Of a stretch of DNA of 64,000 bases, positions 48,124 to 63,628 are shown piece by piece. This DNA is from Anthoceros angustus (taxonomy: Eukaryota > Plantae > Anthocerotophyta). How positions within the stretch are numbered: the stretch's first letter is position 1; each line of letters opens with the position of its first letter. The DNA is taken from the NCBI GenBank assembly GCA_010909165.1, contig VJWM01000019.1, forward strand, positions 124,001 through 188,000. The letters are read 5' to 3'. The notes below the pieces were generated by a model. That model saw nothing but the letters and a program-made list of their open reading frames with translations. It was not told the origin of the DNA and searched no databases. The position numbers and the translations under genes are program-made.

Positions 48124-50040
48124 TTAGTGTGCCAATTATAACTATTTGATATATTTGAATATATTTCTAAGATGTATAACGAAAATCAAGTGTGTCACCA
48201 TGTTTGCTCTAATATATATGGTGGTCATGTAATTCACAAGGATCACATCCAGAACGCACAACCACGGTCATCATCCAACACATCTGCAGCGGGGGTTGAA
48301 GGAGTAAAGCGCAAGCTGAATTTGGCAGGGGGTTGAACCAAAAGCGTGGCCATGGAATTGGGATGCAAGCAAAGCCACTCTCGGTCCCACACATACCTAT
48401 GAGATTTTCTCATATTGCGGTGAGATCACAAACTTATGTGAGCAGAATCAAGCCACTGACCCGCTTGCATCACGGTGTTGTCGCGTGGCGGATGCGGTTG
48501 CAAATAGAGAAAGGTACCGCACTCCCAACTTGATGACTTGGAAAATGAAGTTACTTTCTTGCAGCTTTCTACAAATATCGGAAAATGGCAAACTCAACAT
48601 GGAATGTGATTTGGTGTTTTGGTTAGTCCATTCACAAGGGTAGAGGGTCTCGGATGAAAGTAGTTGAATAGTTATTTGATCACGGGGTCCATGGTAAATC
48701 GGCCCCATCTTGACCGAAATTATTTGAATATGTTTTGGTTAGAAGAAGAAGAAGAAGAATTTTATTTAAGTCCACTAGGGATGGATTTCCGTCATGGGAC
48801 TTGGTACTTCACAACTTGTACCATGGTGTGCCTAAGCTACTTGCACCAAGGGCATCCACTCCTTTAGGCACCCCATCTAAGTACCGATCCAAGATCGGGA
48901 TGCTTAATCACGGCGTCCTTATAAATGTGTGTCCATTTGGCCTAAGCCATTTGGACCACATGCCAAGCGTCATGCATGTACATATATAATCAGGTGTGGT
49001 GGCCCCACCTTCACAAGGGGCAGCGCAACCACTCCACGCACGATGCGGACAAGGAAGGACACTTGTGCCCATCAAAGTAACCCATTTTTAAGGACGCTTA
49101 TGGTGTCCATGATGGACCGGCTCGAGGGTAGCTTGGCGCATTGATACGGTGACTGTAGATCTTACTAGAGATTAGATAATCATAATTTTTAGGTTAATTA
49201 AATTGGGATCTAACAAGGAATGTAAGCTATGTACGTGTTGTATGCAAAGTCGGGAAGAACAGGGGTTCGTCGAATGGGACCAAGAATGACTCGGACCATG
49301 TTATTGCACTATTGTTATAGCATTGTAACACCTAGGTTACACTCATTTTCCGACCTTAGACCCATGGCAAATGATGTTGCAGGTTAGGAAAGGGTAGCAT
49401 CAAAATGTTATAAGCACCATAACATGGTCCTAGATTTTCTAGTAGTGTAGTGAGCTCGTTTCAAAAACCGTTCTAGACATCACTTAATATAGTCGTTTAC
49501 CATACTATTTGAGTTTCAGCATCATTCGGAACTAAGACATGAGAGGTAATATACATATAATATTAATTAATCCATGACCAAAAATTAATCTATTTCATAT
49601 TGTCATATTTATGTGAAATTGAAAACAACTCGAGTCATGATCTTTTATCTTGAAATGCATGCAATTTGTCCTATATATGTGTTGCAAGCTTAAGAGTATG
49701 ATGGATTTGGAGATTATTGGAAGGTAATTATTTTGGTGCATGATGGATAGGAAGATAAATAGTTATATTAATTAAGTTCATGCATATTGGTCATAAGTTA
49801 ATCATTATGTTTTCTTCTCGAAAAATATTGCTCATAGGCTAGCTAGCTAAAAGTTTGAGTTCTAGGCGAATGCAAGCATGTTTGTTCACATTGAGGTTTC
49901 TTTTATTCATGTGTTTGGAATTAGTTTGCGTGCAAGTTGTTTTATGTGTAAATTGGAATATATACGGTGCTCATTGATGAAGCATAATTTAATATGGTCT
50001 TTTGGTTATATGCAGGATTGTCTATTCTTATACTTTCATC

Positions 50041-51393
50041 ATGATGAATCACGGATGTTGCGCAGACGAGACAATTTCCTCGTTTGATGCTTCAAAGAAT
50101 GAATTGCCTTTATTGCAGCCAAATGAAACTTGGGAGGGGCTCCCATATGCACCGGCACCATTTCCAAGCAAGGATGATGTATGGAAAAGGGTCATAACGA
50201 GTCATCACACACTTGCAAAGAATATTTATAATGGATTTTATCAATCCGTGTCTCTTATAGCACCAATTGGGTTTCTTAAATCGAGCAACATCCCGGAGTT
50301 CACTAGTAGGGCGCAATTGAAGACTTATGTGAAAGAGCATTATCCGGAGATGCAAGATTATGCCCATGAGTTTATTAATTCCTTTCGAGAGTACCAAATC
50401 CAAACTCACATGCGGAAAATTGGTGACGAGTGCAACTTATGACCACCCTTGCATCCTTTTAGGAGCTTGACACAAGACCAAGCTGAGGCGATCATGCAAT
50501 CTAAGAACTTGAGAGATGCCAATCCTACAAACCTGTACTCTCTGCATCCGCCATTGCAATGACTTCCAATTTACTTGAGAACGATGAATCATTGGTACCC
50601 TTCTGAGGATACTAAGCAACATCAATGGTTCAATCAATGGTGAAGATCTACTTGCGGTGATGTGTCGCCAAAAGGCTAGAAAAACTTGAAGTCAATGCCT
50701 CTTCTAAGAAAACTCGAAACCTAGAGTCAACGTAGATTCGACTTTTGAATTACCTTCTAATGCGGCTCAACAAGGACTTTGTTTCAAGTTACTAGATGAT
50801 GGTATTTCACCTCATATGTCTCTAGAGAGCTTTCCTCCCATTTCAAAAGATGGTTTGTGTGGTTCTTCTCAAGAGAGGTGGAAGAACTTGAAGCCAACAT
50901 AGGTTCAACTTTTAGATTTGCTTCTAATGCGGTTGAAAAGATGATGCTTCCGATTAGCAAATGATGATTTTCCAACCTCTCATACGCCTCGAGAGCTTTC
51001 CTTCCATCTCGAATATAGTTTGTGTGGTTGTTCTCCAAAGAAGGTGGAAGAACATGAGGTCATTATAGGATCGACATGAATATCCTACTCTGCGACTCAA
51101 GAAGGCAATGGGGTCAAGTTACAAAATGATGGTTCTCCAACTCGTCGCCTCATCCGAGTCCTTCCATGCTAGAAGAAGGTTTGTTACAAGATGGTGCATC
51201 TCTTTCTACTCTAGATCAGCTCAGAGCTGAGCCACTTGCTTCCACTATAGATAATGCTTTTAGAGAAGGTTTGGCAGCACATGTTGAATCTTATGCTGCA
51301 AATCTAATGGCTGAGTCAAATTCTTGCCTTTCAGAGGATGTTTTCTCGCCTAATTCCTCTTTTGATGATATCTTTAGGAATTTTCATGATTAA
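50041..51393 (+). CDS. Array orphan gene A, unit 4 (best-preserved copy)
   Basis: ORFs 50002-50442 (N-terminal ~130 aa in one frame) and 51166-51393 (C-terminus). Candidate intron 49724-50015 (AAG|GTAATT..TGCAG|G) joins an upstream MMDLEIIG exon in frame. Confidence 0.6.
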
Positions 51394-51771
51394 TTAGTAT
51401 GTAACGGTTATATGATGTATTTCAACTTTCTTTTAATATATGAAAATATTCTAAACAAGTTGGTCAAGCTATGATAAACAAAAGAATTTAGAGTTTTGCA
51501 TCCGAAGGACCCAAACAATTCATCACAGTCACCTTATAAATAGAACTATATACCATAAGTTCCCAACATCATAATATGAGTAGAAGTACGCCTACATAAA
51601 AGTTGATTGCGGATGTGAGTTTGGCCCAAAATTATGTATAAACCAAAGATAAGTATTGTAGTATGTACTTTGACAACTTCGTCTATGCCACTTCCGCCAC
51701 ACATGTACATATTTGCTGGGCGTTGGAAATCTGGGAAATTGTAGTCTTCGTAGAGGTGTCGGGTAGTGGCT

Positions 51772-52355
51772 ATGGCGGAGGAGGCAAAAGTGGTGGTGTT
51801 CTCGCAGCCTGATCCACCTCACGTGTGAGGCTAGCTCGCTGAGGCCATTCCCTTCCGTATCGAAGTGGTTGATCTTCGCAAAGAGCATCGATTCACGCCC
51901 GCTTCAACCGCCTCAACCCCTTGTAGGTGCGATCCAGCCATGGGCGCGCCGCCATCCCGACTCAGCCCTGCAGTACGGAGGCGCTTCCGAGCCCGCCCCT
52001 CCTCCCCATGACCTCCGGCCGGGCGGCGTGGCGGGTCGCCGTCGTGGTGTCGGGATCTAGCCCTTCCGAGCAGGCTGCGCTAGAGGTCACGCCCGGGAGG
52101 GGCGAGCTGGCCTGGGCTCGGCGCTCGTCGGGCTTCGCGCGTTGGAGCGCATGGTGGCGGAGGCGGGAGGTTTTGCTTGAGGATGAGGTGACCTGGCGGA
52201 TGTGGTGTTGATCCTGCGGGTTTACAATGCGAGATTGTTCGAGGTGGATATGGAGAACGAGGCCGCCAAGCCCTTCTTGCGAAGCCGTTGCTGGCAAAAG
52301 GGCAAGGGTGAAATATTATGTTGGAAGAATCATAACTATGGCTTTTTCTTCTTGA
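51772..52355 (+). other. GC-rich island / putative ORF C, unit 4
   Basis: Homologous to 10639-11392. Confidence 0.35.
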
Positions 52356-53661
52356 TTTTATAGTTTTCCACCGGGTTTGACTATCATTAAGGTTTTACTA
52401 ATGAAACCTAAGAGTTTTCTCTTCTTCAAATGTTTTATGAAGAGGCCGAGTTGTTCCTAGTTCGTGAGGGAGGATTTTGCAATGAAGTACTCTTTAGGTT
52501 TCGGTGCTCTAAAGTCAAGATACTTTACAAGTCCATTGGTGTAGGTGAATGATACTATACATGTTCAATAGTGTAGGTTCATTATAATTATAAAATTGTA
52601 CAAGAATCTACGGTTAAGGCATGTGCCATTGTACTAGGATCTCAATTATTCTCCTCTGAGAAGGTGTCCTTAGGCAGCAATTTTGTACCTTATCTTGTAG
52701 ACATTAAGATGTACCTTGTCTATTGTTTCCTACTCAAGCTCTTTTCTTGATCTTGCTTTGTGCTAGTCACTCTCTTTTGATCTTGATTTGTGTCATTCTT
52801 TCTCATTCACTTCAATAGTTTTACCACTAGAAGAAGCTAAGACAATCATGCTTTCTAAGGAGAAATGTCACTATAGCAAACCAGCATATTACTCTTGCAT
52901 TTGTCATCTTATAAGAGGACGAGAAGACCTAACCTAGTGGTTGCGCCTTTAATTCAAGCTTGGATTTCTTTCTATTAATCTTGAAGTAGACAATCGCTCA
53001 TCAAATTACAAGATGGTGGTTTCTTTGTAATGTCTCCGCCACTCTCTTCCATTTGGAGGATGGTAAAATTGTTCCAAGATTAATGACATGGATAGATATA
53101 TCTTGTGCACATGTCCTCACACTACACAAGAGATATCGAACAAATTATTCCATAGTTTCACTATCATCCCTACTATATAATAAATTCATCGAAGTAATGG
53201 TTATGGTAATATAATCAATAAATAAAAGTTGTGTCTACTTCATACTCGGTTTATGTAATGAAATGGATTCAAAGATCGAGTGTATCAACTTTTGTCTTGA
53301 ATAGTAGTTGCCCCTATATGTGTGTTGCAATGGAAAGTGTGAAGGCTTTGGAGACTTAAGGTGGGTTGCCATTTTGCTGCATTTGTATAGCTATGTTGAT
53401 TAAACCATATTGAACATGTCACAGTCCCGATGATCTTATGCTCATTAAAATGTTTGAGTTCTAGACTAGTGCCTTGTATCTTGAAGAGTTTGCAAGAGGA
53501 ATGCGTTTTGTTCACATAAGTTTTATTTTATTCATATCTTTAGAATTAGTTTGCATGCAAGTATTTTCATATTTAAATTGAAATAGGTGGTTGATGAAGT
53601 ATACTTTAATATAGACTTTTGGTTTATGTAGGGGCGGTGTTTCCGTGCTTATACTTCTATC

Positions 53662-54153
53662 ATGTCGACTCCACGGAATTCGCAAGGACCTCTTCAAAAT
53701 GCTTGAAATAGACAATGGTGTCATGTTACAGATGATGGTTTTCCACCTCTCATGCCGGCGCCTCGGCGCTTCCTTCCATTTTAGAGAAGGATTCTTCTCC
53801 AACGAGGGTGAAAGAACTTGAAGCCAACACACCTTCAACATTTGGATTTCGTTCTCATGGTGAAGAAAACAATAGTTTCCAATTCTGGATGATTGTTTTC
53901 CCTCTGCTATGCCTCAGCCCTTCCTTCAATTTCAAAAGGTGGTGTATTACAAGATGGTGGCTCTTCTAGTACTCTAGATAAGCTCATGGTGAGCCTCTTG
54001 CTTCTATTTTTGGATAATATTTTTGAAGACGGTTTGTTGCAATTTCTTTGAATCTTATAGTGCAAATCTTATGGCTCAGCCGAATCCTTCCCTTTTCAAG
54101 ATGTTTTCTCTCCTTCATCCTTCGACAATATTTTTGGTTCTTTAGATGATTAA
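53662..54153 (+). CDS. Array orphan gene B, unit 4
   Basis: Near-identical to other B copies. Confidence 0.55.
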
Positions 54154-56173
54154 TTAGTGTGCCAATTATAACTATTTGATATATTTGAATATATTTCTAA
54201 GATGTATAACGAAAATCAAGTGTGTCACCATGTTGCTCTAATATATATGGTGGTCATGTAATTCACAAGGATCACATCTGAACGCATACATTATGTCATC
54301 ATCCAACACATCTGCAGCGGGGTTGAAGGAGTAAAGCAGCTGAATTTACTGATCGGGGTTGAACCAAAAGCTGGCCATGGAATTGGGATGCAAGCAAAGC
54401 CACTCTCGGTCCCACACATACCTATGAGATTTCTCATATTGCGGCTGAGATCACAAACTTATGTGAACAGAATCAAGCCACAGCCAGCCGCTTGCATCAC
54501 CGGTGTTGTCGCGTGACTGGATGCGGTTGCAAATAGAGAAAGGTACCCGCACTCCCAACTTGAAGACTTCGGGAAAATGAAGTTACTTTCTTGCCGCAGT
54601 TTCTACAAATATCGGAAAAATGGCAAACTCAACATGGAATGTGATTTGGTGTTTTGGTTAGTCCATTCACAAGGGTAGAGGGGTCTCTGGGATGAAAGTA
54701 GTTGAATAGTTAAGCCCAGCCATATTATTTAGATATATGTTAAATTTAAAACCACATGGCAAGCCTTTGATGCGGGGTCCATGGTAAATCATCTTGACCG
54801 AAATTATTTGAATATGTTTTGGTTAGAAGAAGAAGAAGAAGAATTTTATTTAAGTCCACTAGGGATGGATTTCCGTCATGGGACTTGGTACTTCACAACT
54901 TGTACCATGGTGTGCCTAAGCTACTTGCACCAAGGGCATCCACTCCCTTTAGGCACCCCATCTAAGTACCGATCCAAGATCGGGATGCTTAATCACGTCC
55001 TTATAAATGTGTGTCCATTTGGCCTAAGCCATTTGGACCACATGCCAAGCGCGTCATGCATGTACATATATAATCAGCTAGGTGTGGTGGCCCCACCTTC
55101 ACAAGGGGCCGCGCTAGGCAACCACTCCACGCGCGATGCGGACAAGGAAGGACACTTGTGCCCATCAAAGTAACCCATTTTTTAAGGACGCTTATGGTGT
55201 CCATGATGGACCGGCTCGAGGGTAGCTTGGCGCATTGATACGGTGACTCGTAGATCTTACTAGAGATTAGATAATCATAATTTTTAGGTTAATTAAATTG
55301 GGATCTAACAAGGAATGTAAGCTATGTACGTGTTGTATGCAAAGTCGGGAAGAACAGGGTTCCGTCTGAATGGGACCAAGAATGACTCAACAGGTTCTGA
55401 ATGGGACCAAGAATGACTCGGACCATGTTATTGCACTATTGTTATAGCATTGTAACACCTAGGTTACACTCATTTTCCCGACCTTAGACCCATGGCAAAT
55501 GATGTTGCAGGTTAGGAAAGGGTAGCATCAAAATGTTATAAGCACCATAACATGGTCCTAGATTTTCTAGTAGTGTAGTGAGAGCTCGTTTCAAAACCGT
55601 TCTAGACATCACTTAATATAGTCGTTTACCATACTATTTCGAGTTTCAGCATCATTCTGGAACTAAGACATGAGAGGTAATATACATATAATATTAATTA
55701 ATCCATGACCAAAAATTAATCTATTTCATATTGTCATATTTATGTGAAATTGAAGAAAACAACTCAGTCATGATCTTTTATCTTGAAATGCATGCAATTT
55801 GTCCTATATATGTGTTGCAAGCTTAAGGGTATGATGGATTTGGAGATTATTGGAAGGTAATTATTTTTGGTGCATGATGGATAGGAAGATAAATAGTTAT
55901 ATTAATTAAGTTCATGCATATTGGTCATAAGTTAATCATTATGTTTTCTTCTCGAAAAATATTGCTCATAGGCTAGCTAGCTAAAAGTTTCGAGTTCTAG
56001 GCGAATGCAAGCATGTTTGTTCACATTGAGGTTTCTTTTATTCATGTGTTTGGAATTAGTTTGCGTGCAAGTTGTTTTATGTGTAAATTGGAATATATAA
56101 GGTGCTCATTGATGAAGCATAATTTAATATGGTCTTTTGGTTATATGCGATTGTCTATTCTTATACTTTCATC

Positions 56174-57520
56174 ATGATGAATCACGGATGTTGCGCAGAC
56201 AATTTCCTCGTTTGATGCTTCAAAGAATGAATTGCCTTTATTGCAGCCAAATGAAACTTGGGAGGGGCTCCCATATGCAAGCACCATTTCCAAGCAAGGA
56301 TGATGTATGGAAAAGGGTCATAACGAGTCATCACACACTTGCAAAGAATATTTATAAGGGATTTTATCAATCCGTGTCTCTTATAGCACCAATTGGGTTT
56401 CTTAAATCGAGCAACATCCCGGAGTTCACTAGTAGGGCGCAATTGAAGACTTATGTGAAAGAGCATTATCCGGAGATGCAAGATTATGCCCATGAGTTTA
56501 TTAATTCCTTTCGGTGAGTACCAAATCCAAACTCACATGCGGAAAATTGGTGTGAGTGCAACTTATGACCACCCTTGCATCCTTTTAGGAGCTTGACACA
56601 AGACCAAGTGAGGCGATCATGCAATCTAAGAACTTGAGAGATGCCAATCCTACAAACCCGGTACTCTCTGCATCCGCCATTGCAATGACTTCCAATTTAC
56701 TTGAGAACGATGAATCACTGGTACCCTTCCGTGAGGATACTAAGCAACATCAAGCTGGTTCAATCAATGGTGAAGATCTACTTGCGGCGAGTGATGTGTC
56801 GCCAAAAGGCTAGAAAACTTGAAGTCAATGCCTCTTCTAAGAAAACTCGAAACCTAGAGTCAACGTAGATTCGACTTTTGAATTACCTTCTAATGCGGCT
56901 CAACAAGGACTTTGTTTCAAGTTACTAGATGATGGTATTTCACCTCATATGTCTCTAGAGAGCTTTCCTCCCATTTCAAAAGATGGTTTGTGTGGTTCTT
57001 CTCAAGAGAGGTGGAAGAACTTGAAGCCAACATAGGTTCAACTTTTAGATTTGCTTCTAATGCGGTTGAAAAGATGATGCTTCCCGATTAGCAAATGATG
57101 ATTTTCCAACCTCTCATACGCCTCAGGAGCTTTCCTTCCATCTCGAATATAGTTTGTGTGGTTGTTCTCCAAAGAAGGTGGAAGAACATGAGGTCATTAT
57201 AGGATCGACATGAATATCCTACTCTGCGACTCAAGAAGGCAATGGGGTCAAGTTACAAAATGATGGTTCTCCAACTCGTCGCCTCATCCGAGTCCTTCCA
57301 TGCTAGAAGAAGGTTTGTTACAAGATGGTGCATCTCTTTCTACTCTAGATCATCATTTGAGCCACTTGCTTCCGCTATAGATAATGCTTTTAGAAGGTTT
57401 GGCAGCACATGTTGAATCTTATGCTGCAAATCTAATGGTGAGTCAAATTCTTGCCTTTCGGAGGATGTTTTCTCGCCTAATTCCTCTTTTGATGATATCT
57501 TTAGGAATTTTCATGATTAA
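56174..57520 (+). CDS. Array orphan gene A, unit 5
   Basis: Near-identical to other A copies. Confidence 0.55.
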
Positions 57521-57902
57521 TTAGTATGTAACCGGTTATATGATGTATTTCAACTTTCTTTTAATATATGAAAATATTCTAAATAAGTTGGTCAAGCTAT
57601 GATAAATAAAAGAATTTAGAGTTTTGCATCCGAGAAAGGACCCAAACAATTCATCACAGTCACCTTATAAATAGAACTATATACCATAAGTTCCCAACAT
57701 CATAATATGAGTAGAAGTACCGCCTACATAAAAGTTGATTGCAGATGTGAGTTTGGCCCAAAATTATGTATAAACCAAAGATAAGTATTGTAGTATGTAC
57801 TTTGACAACCGTCTATGCCACTTCCGCCACACATGTACATATTTCTGGGCGTTGGAAATCTGGGAAATTGTAGTCTGCGGTGTGAGGTGTCGGGTAGTGG
57901 CT

Positions 57903-58486
57903 ATGGCGGAGGAGGCAAAAGTGGTGGTGTTCTCGCAGCCTGGCTCCGCTCTGGCGTGTGAGGCTAGCTCTCTGGCGCAAGGCCATTCCTTCCGTATCGA
58001 AGTGGTTGATCTTCGCAAAGAGCATCGATTCACGCCCGCTTCAACCGCCTCAACCCCTTCAGAGGTGCAGTCCACGGCCATGGGCAGCGCCGCCATCCCC
58101 GACTCCGCCACTGCAGCACGGAGGAGCGCTTCGAGCCCGCCCCTCCTCCCCATGACCTCCGGCGGCGGCGTGCGGTCGCCCGTCGTGGTGTCGGGATCTA
58201 GCCCTTCCGACGGCAGGCCGCTGGAGGTCGCGGCCGGGAGGGGAGCTGGCTCACTGGGCTCGGCGCTCGTCCGGGAGGGCTTCGCTTGGGCATGGTGGCG
58301 GAGGCGGGAGGTTTTGCCGAGGATGAGGTGACCTGGCGGATGTGGTGTTGATCTGCAGTTTACAATGCGAGATTGTTCGAGGTGGATATGGAGAAGGCCC
58401 AAGCCCTTCTTGCGAAGCCGTTGCACAAAAGGGCAAGGGTGAAATATTATGTTGGAAGAATCATAACTATGGCTTTTTCTTCTTGA
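57903..58486 (+). other. GC-rich island / putative ORF C, unit 5
   Basis: Longest open frame of C (57903-58331): MAEEAKVVVFSQPGSALACEASSLAQGHSFRIEVVDLRKEHRFTP... Confidence 0.4.
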
Positions 58487-59803
58487 TTTTATAGTTTTCC
58501 ACCGGGTTTGACTATCATTAAGGTTTTACTAATGAAACCTAAGAGTTTTCTCTTCTTCAAATGTTTTATGAAGAGAGAAGGCCGAGTTGTTCCTAGTTCG
58601 TGAGGGAGGATTTTGCAATGAAGTACTCTTTAGGTTTCGGTGCTCTAAAGTCAAGATACTTTACAAGTCCATTGGTGTAGGTGAATGATACTATACATGT
58701 TCAATAGTGTAGGTTCATTATAATTATAAAATTGTACAAGAATCTACGGTTAAGGCATGTGCCATTGTACTAGGATCTCAATTATTCTCCTCTGAAGGTG
58801 TCCTTAGGCAGCAATTTTGTACCTTATCTTGTAGACATTAAGATGTACCTTGTCTATTGTTTCCTACTCAAGCTCTTTTCTTGATCTTGCTTTGTGCTAG
58901 TCACTCTCTTTTGATCTTGATTTGTGTCATTCTTTCTCATTCACTTCAATAGTTTTACCACTAGAAGAAGCTAAGACAATCATGCTTTCTAAGGAGAAAT
59001 GTCACTATAGCAAACCAGCATATTACTCTTGCATTTGTCATCTTATAAGAGGACCGGAAGACCTAACCTAGTGGTTGCGCCTTTAATTCAAGCTTGGATT
59101 TCTTTCTATTAGTAATCAAGTAGACAATCGCTCATCAAATTACAAGATGGTGGTTTTTTTTGTAATGTCTCCGCCACTCTCTTCCATTTCGGAGGATGGT
59201 AAAATTGTTCCAAGATTAATGACATGGATAGATATATCTTGTGCACATGTCCTCACACTACAAGAGATATCGAACAAATTATTCCATAGTTTCACTATCA
59301 TCCCTACTATATAATAAATTCATCAAGTAATGGTTATGGTAATATAATCAATAAATAAAAGTTGTGTCTACTTCATACTCTCGGTTTATGTAATGAAATG
59401 GATTCAAAGATCGAGTGTATCAACTTTTGTCTTGAAATGAAAGTAGTTGCCCCTATATGTGTGTTGCAATCTGGAAAGTGTGAAGGCTTTGGAGACTTAA
59501 GGTGGGTTGCCATTTTTGCTGCATTTGTATAGCTATGTTGATTAAACCATATTGAACATGTCACAGTCACGATGATCTTATGCTCATTAAAATGTTTGAG
59601 TTCTAGACTAGTGCCTTGTATCTTGAAGAGTTTGCAAGAGGAATGCGTTTTGTTCACATAAGTTTTATTTTATTCATATCTTTAGAATTAGTTTGCATGC
59701 AAGTATTTTCATATTTAAATTGAAATAGGTGGTTGATGAAGTATACTTTAATATAGACTTTTGGTTTTATGTAGGACGGTGTTTCCGTGCTTATACTTCT
59801 ATC

Positions 59804-60293
59804 ATGTCGACTCCACGGAATTCGCGCAAGGACCTCTTCAAAATGCTTGAAATAGACAATGGTGTCATGTTACAGGATGATGGTTTTCCACCTCTCATGC
59901 CGGCGCCTCAGCCGCTTCCTTCCATTTTAGAGAAGGATTCTTCTCCAACGAGGGTGAAAGAACTTGAAGCCAACACACCTTCAACATTTGGATTTCGTTC
60001 TCATGTGAAGAAAACAATAGTTTCCAATTACAGGATGATTGTTTTCCCTCTGCTATGCCTCAGCCTTCCTTCAATTTCAAAAGGTGGTGTATTACAAGAT
60101 GGTGGCTCTTCTAGTACTCTAGATAAGCTCATGGTGAGCCTCTTGCTTCTATTTTGGATAATATTTTTGAAGACGGTTTGTTGCAATTTCTTGAATCTTA
60201 TAGTGCAAATCTTATGGCTCACCGAATCCTTCCCTTTTCAAGATGTTTCTCTCCTTCATCCTTGACAATATTTTTGGTTCTTTAGATGATTAA
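59804..60293 (+). CDS. Array orphan gene B, unit 5
   Basis: MSTPRNSRKDLFKMLEIDNGVMLQDDGFPPLMPAPQPLPSILEK.. in frame from the conserved ATG. Confidence 0.6.
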
Positions 60294-62280
60294 TTAGTGT
60301 GCCAATTATAACTATTTGATATATTTGAATATATTTCTAAGATGTATAACTTAAAATCAAGTGTGTCACCATGTTCGCTCTAATATATATGGTGGTCATG
60401 TAATTCACAAGGATCACATCAAGCACCACGACCCACGGTCATCATCCAACACATCTGCTGAGGGGTTGAAGGAGTAAAGCGCAAAATTTGAATTTGGTGG
60501 GCAGGGGTTGAACCAAAGCTGGAATTGGGATGCAAGCAAAGCCACTCTCGGTCCCACATACCTATGAGATTTCTCATATTCGAGATCACAAACTTATGTG
60601 AGCAGAATCAAGCCACAGTGCTTGCATCACCGGTGTTGTTGCGTGTGGATGCGGTTGCAAATAGAGAAAGGTACCACTCCCAACTTGAAGACTTGAAATG
60701 AAGTTACTTTCTTGCCCGTTTCTACAAATACCGGAAAAATGGCAAACTCAACATGGAATGTGATTTGGTGTTTTGGTTGTCCATTCACAAGGGTAAGAGG
60801 GTCTCGGGATGAAAGTAGTTGAATAGTTAAGCCCAGCCATATTATTTAGATATATGTTAAATTTAAAACCACATGGCAAGCCTTTGATGCGGGTCCATGG
60901 TAAATCGCCCCATCTTGACCGAAATTATTTGAATATGTTTTGGTTAGAAGAAGAAGAAGAATTTTATTTAAGTCCACTAGGGATGGATTTAGTCATGGGA
61001 CTTGGTACTTCACAACTTGTACCATGGTGTGCCTAAGCTACTTGCACCAAGGGCATCCACTCCTTTAGGCACCCCATCTAAGTACCGATCCAAGATCGGG
61101 ATGCTTAATCACGGCGTCCTTATAAATGTGTGTCCATTTGGCCTAAGCCATTTGGACCACATGCCAAGCGTCATGCATGTACATATATAATCACTAGGTG
61201 TGGTGGCCCCACCTTCACAAGCGCTAGGCAACCACTCACGCACGATGCGGACAAGGAAGGACACTTGTGCCCATCAAAGTAACCCATTTTTAAGGACGCT
61301 TATGGTGTCCATGATGGACGCTCGAGGGTAGCTTGGCGCATTGATACGGTGACTCGTAGATCTTACTAGAGATTAGATAATCATAATTTTTAGGTTAATT
61401 AAATTGGGATCTAACAAGGAATGTAAGCTATATGCGTGTTGTATGCAAAGTCGGGAAGAACAGGGTTCCGTCAATGGGACCAAGAATGACTCAAGGTTCC
61501 GTCAATGGGACCAAGAATGACTCGGACCATGTTATTGCACTATTGTTATAGCATTGTAACACCTAGTTACACTCATTTTCCCGACCTTAGACCCATGGCA
61601 AATGATGTTGCAGGTTAGGAAAGGGTAGCATCAAAATGTTATAAGCACCATAACATGGTCCTAGATTTTCTAGTAGTGTAGGATGAGCTCGTTTCAAAAC
61701 CGTTCTAGACATCACTTAATATAGTCGTTTACCATACTATTTGAGTTTCAGATCATTCTTGGAACTAAGACATGAGAGGTAATATACATATAATATTAAT
61801 TAATCCATGACCAAAAATTAATCTATTTCATATTGTCATATTTATGTGAAATTGAAGAAAACAACTCGAGTCATGATCTTTTATCTTGAGAAATGCATGC
61901 AATTTGTCCTATATATGTGTTGCAAGCTTAAGGGTATGATGGATTTGGAGATTATTGGAAGGTAATTATTTTGGTGCATGATGGATAGGAAGATAAATAG
62001 TTATATTAATTAAGTTCATGCATATTGGTCATAAGTTAATCATTATGTTTTCTTCTCGAAAAAATATTGCTCATAGGCTAGCTAGCTAAAAGTTTCGAGT
62101 TCTAGGTAGATGCAAGCATGTTTGTTCACATTGAGGTTTCTTTTATTCATGTGTTTGGAATTAGTTTGCGTGCAAGTTGTTTTTATGTGTAAATTGGAAT
62201 ATATAAGGTGCTCATTGATGAAGCATAATTTAATATGGTCTTTTGGTTATATGCAGATTGTCTATTCTTATACTTTCATC

Positions 62281-63628
62281 ATGATGAATCACGGATGTTG
62301 CGCAGGACGACAATTTCCTCGTTTGATGCTTCAAAAGAATGAATTGCCTTTATTGCAGCCAAATGAAACTTGGGAGGGGCTCCCATATGCAAGCACCATT
62401 TCCAAGCAAGGATGATGTATGGAAAAGGGTCATAACGAGTCATCACACACTTGCAAAGAATATTTATAAGGATTTTATCAATCCGTGTCTCTTATAGCAC
62501 CAATTGGGTTTCTTAAATCGAGCAACATCCCGGAGTTCACTAGTAGGCGCAATTGAAGACTTATGTGAAAGAGCATTATCCGGAGATGCAAGATTATGCC
62601 CATGAGTTTATTAATTCCTTTCAAAGGAGAGTACCAAATCCAAACTCACATGCGGAAAATTGGTGGCAGTGCAACTTATGACCACCCTTGCATCCTTTTA
62701 GGAGCTTGACACAAGACCAAGGCTGAGGCGATCATGCAATCTAAGAACTTGAGAGATGCCAATCCTACAAACCTGTACTCTCTGCATCGCCATTGCAATG
62801 ACTTCCAATTTACTTGAGAACGATGAATCACTGGTACCCTTCCCGTTGAGGATACTAAGCAACATCAAGCTGGTTCAATCAATGGTGAAGATCTACTTGC
62901 GGCGGTGATGTGTCGCCAAAAGGCTAGAAAACTTGAAGTCAATGCCTCTTCTAAGAAAACTCGAAACCTAGAGTCAACGAGATTCGACTTTTGAATTACC
63001 TTCTAATGCGGCTCAACAAGGACTTTGTTTCAAGTTACTAGATGATGGTATTTCACCTCATATGTCTCTAGAGAGCTTTCCTCCCATTTCAAAAGATGGT
63101 TTGTGTGGTTCTTCTCAAGAGAGGTGGAAGAACTTGAAGCCAACATAGGTTCAACTTTAGATTTGCTTCTAATGCGGTTGAAAAGATGATGCTTCCGCTT
63201 AGCAAATGATGATTTTCCAACCTCTCATCGCCTCAGAGCTTTCCTTCCATCTCGAATATAGTTTGTGTGGTTGTTCTCCAAAGAAGGTGGAAGAACATGA
63301 GGTCATTATAGGATCACTTATGAATATCCTACTCTGCGACTCAAGAAGGCAATGGGGTCAAGTTACAAAATGATGGTTCTCCAACTCGTCGCCTCATCTG
63401 AGTCCTTCCATGCTAGAAGAAGGTTTGTTACAAGATGGTGCATCTCTTTCTACTCTAGATCGCTCAGTGAGCCACTTGCTTCCGCTATAGATAATGCTTT
63501 TAGAGAAGGTTTGGCACACATGTTGAATCTTATGCTGCAATCTAATGGTGAGTCAAATTCTTGCCTTCAGAGGATGTTTTCTCGCCTAATTCCTCTTTTG
63601 ATGATATCTTTAGAATTTTCATGATTAA
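62281..63628 (+). CDS. Array orphan gene A, unit 6
   Basis: Near-identical to other A copies. Confidence 0.55.
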